64,000 bases of DNA from the human T2T-CHM13v2.0 reference genome, Homo sapiens, in NCBI RefSeq assembly GCF_009914755.1, contig NC_060931.1; one strand, written 5' to 3'. Below, piece after piece: positions 12,554 to 26,544 of the stretch. A program made the position numbers and the translations under genes. A model generated the notes under the pieces. It made no database searches and was not told the DNA's origin. It saw only the letters and a program-made list of their open reading frames with translations. Position 1 is the first letter of the stretch. The number at the start of each line of letters is the position of its first letter.

Positions 12554-14584
12554 CTAAATAAGAAGAAAGCAAGATGACCGTCAAAAATAAGCTCAAAAAC
12601 TAAACATTAACAGAAAATCTATAGTCACAGAATTAAAATGCCTTGGAAAGCTAAATTTGGGGATAGGAATAATAAGACAGAAAGAAAAATAAAAGGATTC
12701 CTCTACCTCCTCATCACCAAACTCCCAATCTCCATGAACCAATATGTACAGAATGGTAGATAAAAAAGAATGGTATGGTCTCTGCTGTCAAGCAGCTTTC
12801 GATCAAGTTTATGAAATAAAACTGGAATAGAATAACTGAAAAATAATTAAGTGGCTAACTAGGGAGAAAGGGGAAGATTAGGTGGGCTTTAGGAATCAGG
12901 GCAATTTCTCATTCTCAAACGAGTTGCTTGGGATGGCGTCTTATGAAGCAAAATATTAAGGCTGTAAGATACTATACGTATCATCTAGGGTACAATTCCA
13001 GTTTTTATAAAATTTCCCTTCTCAGACCAGAAAGAAATACTATGCATATACATCAAATGACTATAGATGCATCCTTAGGAATGGAAATATTCTGTGAATT
13101 TTCCCTTTCACAATGTTTTGTGTATTCATGAATTAATCCATTCAATCTACAAACACTGCTTGGAATGTCTTCCTTTCTAGCTCTGTACCACTGCTTCTCT
13201 CCCTGCCATCTCTTGCCCTCTTCAGCCTATGGGTATCCAATGAGACTTTTTTTCCCCATAAAGCCCTTCATGATCCCACTTCAAGCAGCTTATTAAACAC
13301 CTGCCTATACAATCCCTCACTTTATGTACTGACCCTATTTCCTATAGTTGAATGGGTAATGGGATTTATCATCCAAGTTGGGACCACCCCAGGCAAGGGG
13401 GGATATATGATCATGATACTGATCATGACACGTAACAAACCGTTTTAAAATAACCTACTGATTTATCTCTCCCTATAACTAGACTCCAGAAAACCCCTTA
13501 AAGTTTTGGCCCATGCTTTGTCTAGCATTGTGTCATTCCTTGGTGTCTAGTGTAGAGCCTGGAGATAAGTAGATGCTTAAACATTTGATTGAATGGATGA
13601 ATAAATATGCTTGTAAGTGCCAAACACAGTTCAAGGTACTGAGTATTTTTGTCTTTAGAAAGACGATCCTGGGAATTTGCTCTCTTTATTGGTGGATATC
13701 ATTATTATTAAAAATTAACTTATTGTGCATAGTAAGAAGGGGTGGAAGAGGTTATCACTCTTACCATGAAAGTCATTGGCCAAGGACAACATAACAGAGA
13801 TGTTATGGGATTTCATAATTCTCCTGGTCATCCAAATCATCTTGACCTCTTCTCTTTCACACCTGCTATTCACTGGGACCAGGTGAATCTTCTCTTGCAA
13901 AGTCTCTCCTATTTGTCTTTTCTGCTTGTCCTATTTGACAAATAGACTTCCTAACCAGTATCTGCCTGGAACATTATTAGCATGCAGAAGTAGTTACCAA
14001 GAAAGATAAGAAGGTCTTATATCATCTAGATTTCTAGGTTTCCAATACATCATATCTACTGCTTACTTGCAAGTATTTAAACACTGGAGCTCACAGTCTT
14101 TCATCTGGAACTACATTTCCTCAATTTGTTCCCAGGGTTCCATTTTTTTTTTTTCACAAAAGCTAAAGTGGTAATTGCACACTCAACCACATATTTCTCA
14201 GGCTTTCCCAGCTCTCCCTATCCAGAACAGCCACCTATCTAAATCTGACATGTTCTTCAAAGGCTAGTCTGTGACAAGGTCCTCTCAAAAGATGACCTTT
14301 GACAGAAGGAATGTATTCTTTCTCTCAGCTCCCAAAGCACTTATTTGGTTCTATCCTCATACTATGTATTTGCTTTTTGAATGCATGCCTTCCATAAATA
14401 AATTATTCTATATTTGTTGAATATAAGAACACCTCAGTTATTTTTTGTATCCTTCTAGCACCTACCCTATATTAAGGAAACAACAAAGATTTAACTCATA
14501 CCTCTTTGTTCCTTGGTCCTGTGATTCTATGAAAACATGAATAATGATCCTTATCCTCCCACACACATACAAAAGTGCAGAGCA

Positions 14585-15130
<546 letters not shown>

Positions 15131-16388
15131 TTCAACTTTAGATAGCATGAAGTGTCCTATTCTCTGTCCTGATACAGCAGGTCACACTACATCAAGATAT
15201 GGGATCATCAGTGAAGGAATGTGGTATGAAAGGGTCACTTTACTCCCACTTACATGTGAAGACACTTGTTGACTCAAATTCTATGTCCTGAGAAACAAGC
15301 ACCTGAGGCCTATTTAGCTGCCAACAGGGCACTCTTCACGTCAGCAAGGGGCTTAAGTACCCAATGGTCCTCTTAAAGAGTGCCTGTCACCTTCAGTGAA
15401 CATTCTAAGCCACTCCTTTTGGAAGAAATTCCATGAACATGAGCAGCCTACACTCATTAGTAGCTCTGTTCCCATTGGTACTGCTAATTGCACAACTATT
15501 TAGGCAACAGGGGCCTTGTTTACTTTTCTCCTTCATTCAGCTCTGTCATTCGGTGTTCTCAGAGCCATGCCACGGTGAGTCCACAGTTATCCAGGGTCTA
15601 AGCCTCTATGCAAGTGAGGGGATCCTCAAGGCTTTTAATTGGGCTAGCACAGCAATAATTTGACAATATGAAGGTGGGGACAAGGAAGAAAGCTGTTCTT
15701 CACAATTTCTGACCAGAGTCACTACCCAGAATTATTCCAGAGCTGATTATCCAGTCTGTGAGTCAGGCATGCCCGCGGCTACCCATCACTCTCCTTCCCT
15801 CCACGCCCTTTCATCCTCTGCAGCTGACAGAGGTGAGAGGCAGAGGCACTAATAACAAGGCAAGAAACTTTTGCTCATAATTAATATCTAAAAAAAAAAT
15901 GCCCATTAAAAGGTTTGGGGAATGGCTCTGAAATAATCAATTTAATTAACTTCAACTTTCCTTATTCTCCCATCAACATAGATAATCACAAAATAGCAGA
16001 ATGTTCTGAACACTGGCCAAGAAGAGGCAAAAGTAGCAGCCAGCTGACTACAGATGGGAATGGGCAGCTATTTTTAAAAGCACAGGTACATTTTCTAATC
16101 ATTTTTGGCCTGCTTTAGGATAACTGTTTGCATAATGCTAGCAAGGAAGGAGTTACAGAGAGTGGATGCCAGGAGAAGCCTAAGACAAGGCTGTTCTTCT
16201 CCTTATTTGAACCTGCACTGCCCAATGGGGAGCTATGCTTTAACTGTACAATGTGGAGTTTAACTGTACCCTGTGACTTTTAGTGTAGAAACAATAACAC
16301 CTGTGATTTTTGAAAAGTTAATTTGAGTCTCACTAATAAAGGAAACGAGACAAAAGGAGAAAAACAAGAGAGAAAAAAATAAAGACTA

Positions 16389-16678
16389 GTCAGGCACGGT
16401 GGTTCACGTCTGTAATCCCAGCACTTTGGGACAGCCAGGTGGGAGGACTGTTTGAGCCCAGGAATTCAAGAGCAGCCTGGGTAACATAGCAAGACCCCAA
16501 CTCTACAAAAAAAAAAAAATTAGCTGGGCGTGGTGGTACATGCCTGTAGTCCCAGCTACTAGGGAGGCTAAGGAGGGAAGATTGCTTGAGCCCAGGAGAT
16601 CAAAGTTACAGTGAGCCATGACTGCACTCTAGCCTGGGTGACAGAGTGAGATTCTGTCTCAAAAAAATAAAAATAAAG
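16389..16678 (+). mobile_element. AluJ
   Basis: Diverged dimer with J diagnostics (ttgagcccagga, aacatagcaagacccc). Confidence 0.9.
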
Positions 16679-19600
16679 ATAATTGAATTCCTTCAACATA
16701 TATGAATGGGTAACATTTGAGTTTGGGGCTTGTTTTATATACACATACGTTCTGATTGCAGACACTATGCCATCTCCCCTAAGGAATTTCGAGGGAGATC
16801 ATCAAATTGTCAGCAGAGAATTCACTGTTGTTTCCTCAATAGAAAAGGAAATCTCAGGTCTCTGTCTCTTCCAGGGTTTACTGAAATGTCCACCCTTCAT
16901 CCTTTGGCTGACCTGAACCAGAAAAAATACTATAAAATCCCTATTGAGGAGATATGGGTGCAGATTTCTCCATGAAAATTTCAGATGAAAACGGCCTCTG
17001 CTCTTCCAGAACCCTAGATCAGTTGTCATTTGAACTCTGCTTACGACATTCACGTGGTGCCACCCTGCATTGTGGTTATTTATCCATGTTTCATTTCCCT
17101 TGCTGGTATTAGGAATATGGAGGACACAGACCATCTCTCACGTATGGATGAGTTTTGGCAAGGAACCTAACTTCACCATACTTCAGTTTTCAACACCTGT
17201 CAAACGGAGATGAGAGCTTACTGTATAGGGTTGTAAAAATTAAATATGATAATGCATTTAGAACATTTAGAACAAAGAGGTTAGCAGTGATTGTTACAGA
17301 AACTTTTTTTTCCTCAAAAGTGCCTGGGACGGAATTAAAATGTTTTAATGAATGAATGAATAAACGACATTTTAAAGCCATTTTGGATCCCAGCCAATAT
17401 CACTTTAAGAGAAAGATTCACAATTGAAATATGGATTCAAAAGACTGTGCTATATGGGAAATGGTCTGAAAGCTAAGGGAAAGAAAATTCTGTTAAGTGG
17501 ACATACACATCAGTATTCAGGAGACACCCAGGGAATGCGAAAGGAAGCAAAACTTCACAAATCTTTCAAAATGAGAAAGTGAACATCGTGTTAAGCAGCC
17601 AGGCCTTCCAAATTACAATGTTGCTGCCCAGTACTCATTCCATAGGCTCTTCTGTTGGATACCCCAGCTCCCGCTGATGTGACTTTGTCATCAATATTAT
17701 ATTTGTATTATATATGACGTGCCTTTTGTCACATGCATCCTTTAATTTGCTTCCCACACCAATGCCTCCAAATCCCCTTTGCTATTCCTTCCACTTCCCA
17801 TGGCCTCTCTCTGGGCCCTCATTTCCCATTAGTCTCCCTGACGCTGCCAGCAGACCATTCCAAATCCTCCCCTGCCACAGGACAAAAGCTGCACAGATGT
17901 GGGGAGAGCTGGCACTGGGAATGCTAACAGTACTGTCATCCTGTCCCAGCAGGATGGTGGTCAGTTCTCTCTGGGACCAGAGGCAGAAAAAGGGGGGTTA
18001 AAAAAAGAGAAAAGAAAGACTGAAGACAGAAAAAGAGGGAAGACAAAATAACCCATTGAAATCAAAAAGGAAATGCATGAGTGAGATTTCTATCAGGAAA
18101 ACCAGTAGGAGGCAATGGGGTAGGCGTGGGGAGAATAAAAACAAAAGAGCAGAGTGTGCAGGGTGGCGAAGGAAAGAAACAACACAAAAGTCCCTTGGAG
18201 GGTTGGAGGGGCAAACGAGGGGGGAGGGAGCGGGCAGAAAATATGGTTGAAAGGAGCTGAAAAGCGGGAAGCACTGAGAGGAATCTCAGCTGGAATCCCT
18301 GCATCCTTAGTCTCTCTCCCAGTCTCTGTGGAATTATTAACTCTTCCTCCCCGAGTCTCTTTTCAACTCTCTAAATGTCCAAATTCCAGTTTTTCATAAA
18401 GGAAAGCAGCATGCTGTATAGATGAGAGAAGACATCCAAAGGAAGAAGATGCAAGCCGAAAAAAATTCAAGCCTCCCATGGCGCTTTCAGAACATACCGC
18501 AGATCTCATGTGGCACAGCCCCCAGCCTGCTTTAAAAGAGCCCATAGAAGAGAAATCAGTTGCTGCTTGTTGTGTCTGGGAGAATAACTAATCTCAGGAC
18601 TCTTGTTCAGGTGTCCTCTTGATGGTGGCGGCCCACACTCCTGACCAGAGCCAATGAAGAAGAGGGCAGAGCAGAGGGGAGAGGGGCTCAGGAGTAAGGC
18701 TGCAGGAAGCAAAGGAAGTGTCAACTCAAGAGCCACAAACAACATCAGCTGTGCACCTGGCAAAGAGCCTGTGAATCCTTCAGAATTGCTATTACTAAAG
18801 GCATCCTTACAGTCAAGTCTTTGAACAATTTTTCAGATTTATGTCATATGAAACCATGGGACAGACATAAACCAAATTGTAAAAAATAAGTAAATAAACA
18901 ACAAAGGCTTTAAGAGATTTGCAATATTCAATAACCAGGAGGAATGTCTTTCTTGATCTTCGGCATAGTGTAAAATTTTTATTTGTTATTTTTTTTTTCA
19001 TTTACATGAATTCAAACTGATCAGACTTACCTACTGCAAATCTGATGCTAATTTAAAAATACAATGCCATAGTCTGGTATACATCCCTAAATCCCAGACT
19101 TACTGAGGCCTCTTGGAAAGGCTGATTTCTTTGTCAGGTCAGGATATTCCAGAGTTATCATCATTACTAAGTTAGGAGAGAGTATTTCAATCAAGAGAGA
19201 TCACCTTAAGAAGGTGATTACAGTATTGAAAAAGGGTAATGTTTTCTGTGTACTTGTCTCTGACTTCAAGAACACTATAATTTAAAGGAGTTTCTATCAT
19301 CTAAAAGAGAGGAATGGTTTTGCTATGATAGTTTTCAATAAAATGCAAAGGTTAATATAAACTGAATCAGCAACTAAAGATATTAAAAAACAAAACGACA
19401 GTTGAGCTGAAGTGTTTAGCTCTTGTGGAATGAGGTGAATTAGGCTATATCAAATGATTTTACATCCGTATTTCTGAATAAATAAAAAAGATAAGATAGA
19501 CATCAAAAATGAAATTGACAATGTCTATCAATGTTGATAAAAACTAATTTCAGTAAGAATCAATTGCATTTAAGTCTCCATATTCAGCTATAGTAGTAAA

Positions 19601-20231
19601 GTGTTAAAAATTGCCATCCATCAAAAATGCGGTGATCCTTGGACTGAACATCATAATAACATTTTCTTTACAAACAAAAGAGATGGATTGTGCTCTCCCA
19701 TCTCCACAGTCTTTCTTCCTGTGCTATTAGAGATCCTGGTGAGGCAGGAAAGGTATAGGATGCCTTCTGAGACCTCAGAAATTGTTTGCCTGGAAGTGAA
19801 GTTAGGATGATTACTGTGAACATTGTGTTTCTTCTCGTGAGCATAAATATTAAGCTGATTAATTTATAACATCTAACCAAAGCACTGGAAAAATAAGCAC
19901 CCCCACCCCCCTAAAAAAGACTGAATTCTTTTGTGTCCTTCCATTTGGGCGGAGTGGTATTGTGTGACTCAGTCTTTGCAAGAGTCAATGCGGGGTGATG
20001 AGAAACTGATTTGTATTGGAATGTTAGGTTTTGATCAAGGCCCTCAGAGACTAATGTGCCAGATGAATTGATGCCAGGCAAAGTAGGTGTGTACTGATCT
20101 ATATTTGGGGTTAGAAACTCCAAGGCCTGTGAGCTTGGATGAACGGTGCTTTTAAAGGCCCTATTTTTGGACGCAGGGGAAGAGAGGAAGTAGAGAAAGT
20201 GAAAAGCTACTGTGTTAAGGTGATATCATCC

Positions 20232-20289
20232 CAGGACTCATCATTCATGTCCCTGGGGCACAGGACTCATCATTCATGTCCCTGGGGCA
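20232..20289. repeat. Perfect 29-bp tandem duplication
   Basis: CAGGACTCATCATTCATGTCCCTGGGGCA x2 (20232-20260, 20261-20289). Confidence 0.97.
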
Positions 20290-20386
20290 ACTCAGATGAG
20301 GAGTTCTGCTGTTTTCATTTTTAGTATAATCATATTTCAAATATTGCATGGGCTATACTTATGTTAAAACCTTCATTATTGTTATC

Positions 20387-20557
20387 ATTTTTTTTTTCTT
20401 CAAGAGACAGAGTCTGGCTCAGCTGCCCAGGCTGGAGTGCAGTGGTGCAATTCTAGCTCACTCAGCTTACACCTCCTGGGCTCAAGCAATCCTTCTGCCT
20501 CAGCCTCAAGTAGCTGGGACTATGGGCCCACCATGCCCGGCCATCTTGTATTTTTAT
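20387..20557 (-). mobile_element. Alu monomer (FRAM or AluJ right arm)
   Basis: Poly-T followed by a single Alu arm with J-type ctcctgggctcaagcaatcc. Confidence 0.85.
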
Positions 20558-20687
20558 TTGTGAAACTTGGGTTCTTAAGACCCAGAACCAAAGTCAAATA
20601 GAAAAACGAAGCTCTAAGGGATTCCAGGTGAGTCAGAAGTTTAGGACATTGTTCACTTTAAACTGCAGAGACCGGGACATAAGGGAG

Positions 20688-21050
20688 TGTGGTAGATTAA
20701 ATATCTCCATGAATTTTTCACAGCTCGTGCCATCAAACAGTGGAATCTGTTTCCCAACCTTTTAAATCTGGGCTGGCCCTGTGACTTGTTTTAGCCAATA
20801 GAATGCAGTAGAGATCATCCAGAACTTCCCAGCTTAGCTTCAGGACATCTGGGAGCTTCCACTCTCACCCCTGGGAACCCCAGCACTACCATGCTGTGAA
20901 GGATCTTGGGAAAAAAAGACGAGGTGTTGAGAAAGGCTTAGGTGTCCTGGCCTTCCACAGCCCTCCCAGCTGAAAGCCCCAAACATGTGAGAGTCCATCT
21001 TCAACAAAGCCTCATCAAAAAAAGGAGCTGACTGCAGCCTCCTAAATGAG
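20688..21050 (+). mobile_element. MLT1-type MaLR LTR fragment
   Basis: Starts TGTGGTAGA and contains aaatctgggctggccctgtgacttgttttagccaatagaatg, typical of MLT1. Right boundary uncertain. Confidence 0.65.
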
Positions 21051-23016
21051 ACCAAGTGAGACGGTGGATACAGAGAGGATCCTAGGACTAGGGGAGGAAA
21101 TACTGCTTCTCCAGGAAAGGTGAAAAGATGGGTGGGGGGGTGTGGAGAGAGAGATTCCTGGATTGTGTTGTCACTCAAATAGATGGCCAGTGTCTCACCT
21201 AACTCCAGAGAGAGGGTAGGTGGGCACCAAATGGCTTAAGGTATCCAAGCAAGCATTCAATCTCTTGGGTAAAGGGTAAACTAAAGAGAGTAGATTGGAA
21301 GTGATCAAGAAGACAGCAAATAGGAGAATTTTAAACCTGAGCTAAACAAAAATAAAGTGACAGTATACATCTAACCCTCACCTGAGCTTTGTGCAGTAGA
21401 AATCCTGAGATATTAGTGTGGCTTCACTCTTGCCCAGAAAGGAACGCTTTTAACTGCAAGAGACTGAATAGCCAGGGAAATAGGAGATGGAATGATACAA
21501 GCCCCAGACTTAGCACCAAAAATACATCCTATCTACCTAGGCTTTCCAGGGCAGACAGGTTTGGGATTATCCAACCCAGCCTACAAGGAGTAAAGAAATG
21601 CTGTCATCGCAGCCCTCCTGTTTTCATGGTCTTTCCTTTTTCTAACCCACCCTTTCTACCGTATTTCAGACCAAGGGTTCAAGCAGAATCTTCACAGTGA
21701 GAAGGTGTTGAAGACAAAGCAAGGGGTGTCTAACGTGATTGATAGTTTAGTACCTACCTTGCAAGGACCTTGTCAAATGACGGGATGTGTTTACTATAAA
21801 CAATTGGCAAATATGTGCTTGATAAATGGTAGCTATGTTATCTATCTGTGGCTTTACCATAGGACTTAAAACAGCTCCATATATCGGTTTTAAATTTAAT
21901 TATACACATGATCTTATTTTTTTCTTTAGCCTGCAATTGCTTGAAAACAGTGACTGTATTTTATTTTTGTCTGTGTACCATCTATAACAGGCAGCTCCTG
22001 TTAGGCACTACACAAATATTTGTTAAATGAATGAATCAATGAATGGAATAAGACATACTTGCTGAATTGCAAAAAAAAAAAAAAAAAAAAGGAGCAAAAA
22101 GGATGTGAATGTTTATGAGTATGCTTACTATCTACAGGCTGAATTTGGGTACAAAAGGAGTCAGCCACAGGCTGACTGTCAGGGCTCAAAGAAACTTTTC
22201 CAATCTCTCTGTATACCAAGATCCAGCAGAATTAGACTCTTTCATTCCTTCTCATTTAAAACAGACTAGCTAGGCAGTATTTTTCCCCTTTATTCCTGTT
22301 CTTTATTCCTAGAAATACTACAAAACATGATAAATTCAATGTAACAGTTTAGATTTGGTATTCATTAAATATGTTTATGCTTCCAAAGGGTTTTTAGAGG
22401 CAGATGCTATAGCGCATGCTACTTCCTGCAAACGATCTGGCACCAACTATTAGAAATCCAGTTAGAAAGCAGTCTGGAAGGTTAGTATGATCTGCCACAG
22501 ACAACACAATAGTACCAGACATTTTCAAAGAGAATAAAGCGTAACTTGGGTGGAAAAGATAAATGAGATCAAACAGAAAAAAAAATGAGAAACTGGAAAG
22601 ATGCAAAACAATTATCCTCATGAATCTTCACAACGATGAACCGCAAATACAGGTGAGGTAGGGAATCCCAACCCATTAATTTACAGAAGAGCTCTAGAAA
22701 AAAATAAAGCACACGATGCCAGGCTGCATTTATTTTTGTCCTCTATTTAAAAAAAAAAACTAATTAGTCTGAAAAATAGCCTGTAAAGAGCTTGGTATGA
22801 ACACTGTTTCTACTAATTGCTTGGATAGGATGGCCCGTATGTGTCAGTGGTCTGCAACCACGACTGCCTCAAATAAGCAGGGGCAGAGTCTGCTAAAAGT
22901 TCGAGAGTATTTCTGCCATTCTGAAAACTGCCTGGATGAAGGGTAACTTAGAAAATGCAAAATGCAATGGATTTCACAGGTAAGTGATCCTTGGTAAGTT
23001 CACTATGCCTACTTAC

Positions 23017-23137
23017 CGTGGTCAAGGATATATTTCACAATCTCCCCGTTGCCGGTTTTAGCTGCGTAGTGAAGGAGTGAACAGTGGTCTGGTCCCTGAA
23101 TTAGCAGACTGCCTCCATTTTTATAGCTTTCTATTAG
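23017..23137 (-). CDS. DGKI: DGKI 121-nt exon: LIESYKNGGSLLIQGPDHCSLLHYAAKTGNGEIVKYILDH(G), ankyrin repeat
   Basis: Acceptor ctctttgcAG at 23139-23138, donor ACG|GTAAGT. Phase 0 to 1. Ankyrin LLHYAAKTGNGEIVKYIL signature. Confidence 0.97.
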
Positions 23138-24160
23138 CTGCAAAGAGAGACATACAAAAAGAAGCTCAGGCAGAATTCGGAACAAGGATAACAGCTAACC
23201 GGTAATAAAATGAGAGTCATGTAGCAGACCACAATGTTTCCAGCCTTAGAGGACATAGAGAAAAGTCAAAAAGGTGAAGTAACATTCCTGGACTGTGTTA
23301 TCACTCACAGAGATGACCAGTGTCTCTTCTAACTCTGGAGAGAGTCTGTGGGTATTGAACAGGCTAGGGAAACTGAATCATGCTGAATTACTTTTTTCAT
23401 TTATTTTCTGAGCACTGGTCTCTATGGTCTCTCTCTCGAAGGAGTAGTGAGGGGTGGAGTGGAGAACAAAAGCATCTCTATGTTGGCTTAGCATTCTCCT
23501 GAGTGAAAGAGTAATTATGGCTATAAGCAGAAATAGCTTGGTGACTGTAGCTAAGCTTCTTGCCTGTGTCCTTCAGTTTTTCTTCAGTCTTATGAACCTA
23601 TATACCAAATATCAAAGCTGCTTCTTTTTCTCCCATGTAAGATCACTGAATACAAGTATAGACACATACACACGCATGCATGCATGCACACACACGAACA
23701 CACATCTGGCTTCCTTCTTCATCCAGATATGCAGCCCAGCCTGCAAACCTTCTGTTAATCATCCAACACATACCTAATAGGCTAGAGATAATCCACAGAG
23801 TGAGACCCAAAATGATTCAGAAAATGTAGTAGTTTCTATATGAGAGAAGACTGGAAAAAAAAAACAAAACAGAATTTTGTAGCCTGAGGATAAGGTGGCT
23901 ACATGAGGATATGGTCTAAGTTTATAAAATATTGAACATTACAGAAAATGTGAATGAGTCCCTCATCTCCAAACTACAGTATTTCATGACAAGAGTGCCT
24001 GCATGAAGCTTCTAACAGGTAATTTTAGGACAAATGAGAATTAAATAACCCAGCAGGTAATAAGCAAAAGGAACACATTATCTCTCAAGAAGTTAGATGG
24101 CACACATTATAGATAATCAAACATCCCATAAGGTGAAAGAGCATAAATGACCTAAATGCA

Positions 24161-24400
24161 AAGAATAAGTCCTAGTGTTCCATACCATTGTAGGATGACT
24201 ATAGTTAATAATATATTAAATAGTTTTAAATAGCTAGAAGGAGGATGTTGAACATTCCCAACATAAAGAAATGATAAATGTGTGAGGTGGTGGATATGCT
24301 AATTACCCTGATCTGATCACTGTATACGTATCAAAACATCACTATGTACTCTATTAATATGTATAATCATTTGTCAATTAAAAATACTTTCTTAAAAAAA
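24161..24400 (+). mobile_element. L1MA 3'-end fragment
   Basis: aaatagctagaaggagg...gaaatgataaatg...ggatatgctaattaccctgat...gtcaattaaaaa resembles the L1MA 3' UTR. Confidence 0.75.
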
Positions 24401-25006
24401 GAACCTAAATTCAGAGTTCACGTCTTCACTCAAATACATCCATAGAATTGTCATGTGCTAGATGCCAGGAAGATAAATGTGAATACAATTCAGTCACTGT
24501 GCTCAAAGCCCTCACAGCCCATGGTGGAGACGGATAGGTAAAGAATCACACAGTAATGGACAGGAACATCACAAAGGTCTCAGAGAAGCACTAGGGAAGC
24601 ATGAAGCAGGGGATGGAAACAGCCACGGAAGACCTCCCAGGACATGGATCCAAAGCAGTAGCTGAATGGAGGTAAGGACAATGGAGGTAAGGAACATCCC
24701 TAAACTGGGGGGCAAGAGGGCAGGAAGAAGTAGCTAGCAATTTTCCACAAAACTCTAAAAGGATATCCTGTTCTGTTCAACTGCGTTGTCTTAAAATGAC
24801 ACTCCCTTTCTTTGTGGGGAGATCGACAAAGGATAGCAGCATGGGACCTGTTCAGGGTCAACTGCCTTGATCCTGCCTTCCTGTGCTGTTTCTAGACACC
24901 ATGAACATTCAGTTAGTCCACGGACACTTTCTGCAGCCCAGTTGTCCAGGAGCTATTTGTGACAGCCTTCACACAGGGGTGGCTCCAGAGATGTTCTCTT
25001 CGCTAG

Positions 25007-25063
25007 TCTCTATCTCTCGCTCTCTTTGTCTCTCTCTCTCTCTCTCTTTCTCTCCCTCTCTCT
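25007..25063. repeat. Imperfect (CT)n microsatellite
   Basis: tctctatctctcgctctctttgtctctctctctc... seen directly. Confidence 0.9.
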
Positions 25064-25265
25064 CATACAAACATATACACATGTATCCCATTTAATATTT
25101 TATATATATTGCACTTTCTGCTCAGAAGAAAGAAACAAAAGATATTGGAGAAGAGGAAGAGGGCATGAATATTTGAGAAGGAAAATAAGAAAATATGTAA
25201 GAGAGAAAAAGTAAAACCTTAAGCCCTCAGTAAATATTCCATCTCTCAGTAAATAAGGTGTTATT

Positions 25266-25578
<313 letters not shown>

Positions 25579-25621
25579 TCATGTTTTAGTCATTTAGGAA
25601 AGAATTATAACAGAGAATGCA

Positions 25622-25695
25622 TTAGGTTGGTGCAAAAATGATTGCAGGTTTTGTCACTGAAATGACAAAAACCAAATTACTTTTGCACCAACCTA
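25622..25695. mobile_element. MADE1 MITE with both terminal inverted repeats
   Basis: taggttggtgcaaaa...ttttgcaccaaccta inverted termini, about 74 bp. Confidence 0.88.
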
Positions 25696-26544
25696 TAATA
25701 AGACAACCAGCTGGATATAGTGATTTCCCACATTGCAAATGATTCTTTATTTAAAAGTACAAAAAAAAGTGTGATAATAAACTCAGGATCTTGGGAAATC
25801 AGTTGCCTGAACTAAAAGCATATAGAAAATAAAATGGAAGGGTTTCAAATGTACAGTGCTTTGCAAAATTTTCTGGTGTAGAAATCCACCAAGGGCAGGA
25901 ATCAATTTTATTCATGCCTTTGTTTCCCACAAAACCTAATGGAAGGCCTTGCACAGAGTACAGGATGGTATGGGCTTAATCCACTGGTAAGAAACGGCAC
26001 TGAACTCATCAATATACTGCTTGGAGAGCACTCTTCTCTTCTGGGTAACAATTTCTATTGACACTATGATCTGTGCAGTGGCACAGGCACCGTTTTCAGG
26101 ATTATGTGCCTAAAGGGGGCAGTTGATCAAGATGTTTGCAAACATTTTCACCATTTGTTTTCCTCTAGTAACCTGTTGAAAAATGCAGCACAGGTGTCCT
26201 TCAGTTTGTCCAACAGATGCGCCTAAAAAAAGTTATGTCTGAGGGTAGGACTGTTCAGCTTTCTCTTAGGGCTATTGGTTCCTTGATCTGCAATGGCACC
26301 TCACTCCACAGGCTGAGGAGTCAGGCGTAGCCTCTGCCTTCAGGCAGCTGTCATTAATACAGAGCAGATCAGTTCCAGCAGGGGGTTTGCAGGGGCATAT
26401 GGGCAGTCATCAGCCTGATGCCTGAAAACCAAATATAGCTTTAGAATATTCATAGATGATGTTATATTATATAACAAATATTTGTATTTCCACCATGTTT
26501 AGCTATTAAAAAACACAGATCTACACTATCAGAATATTAATAAA

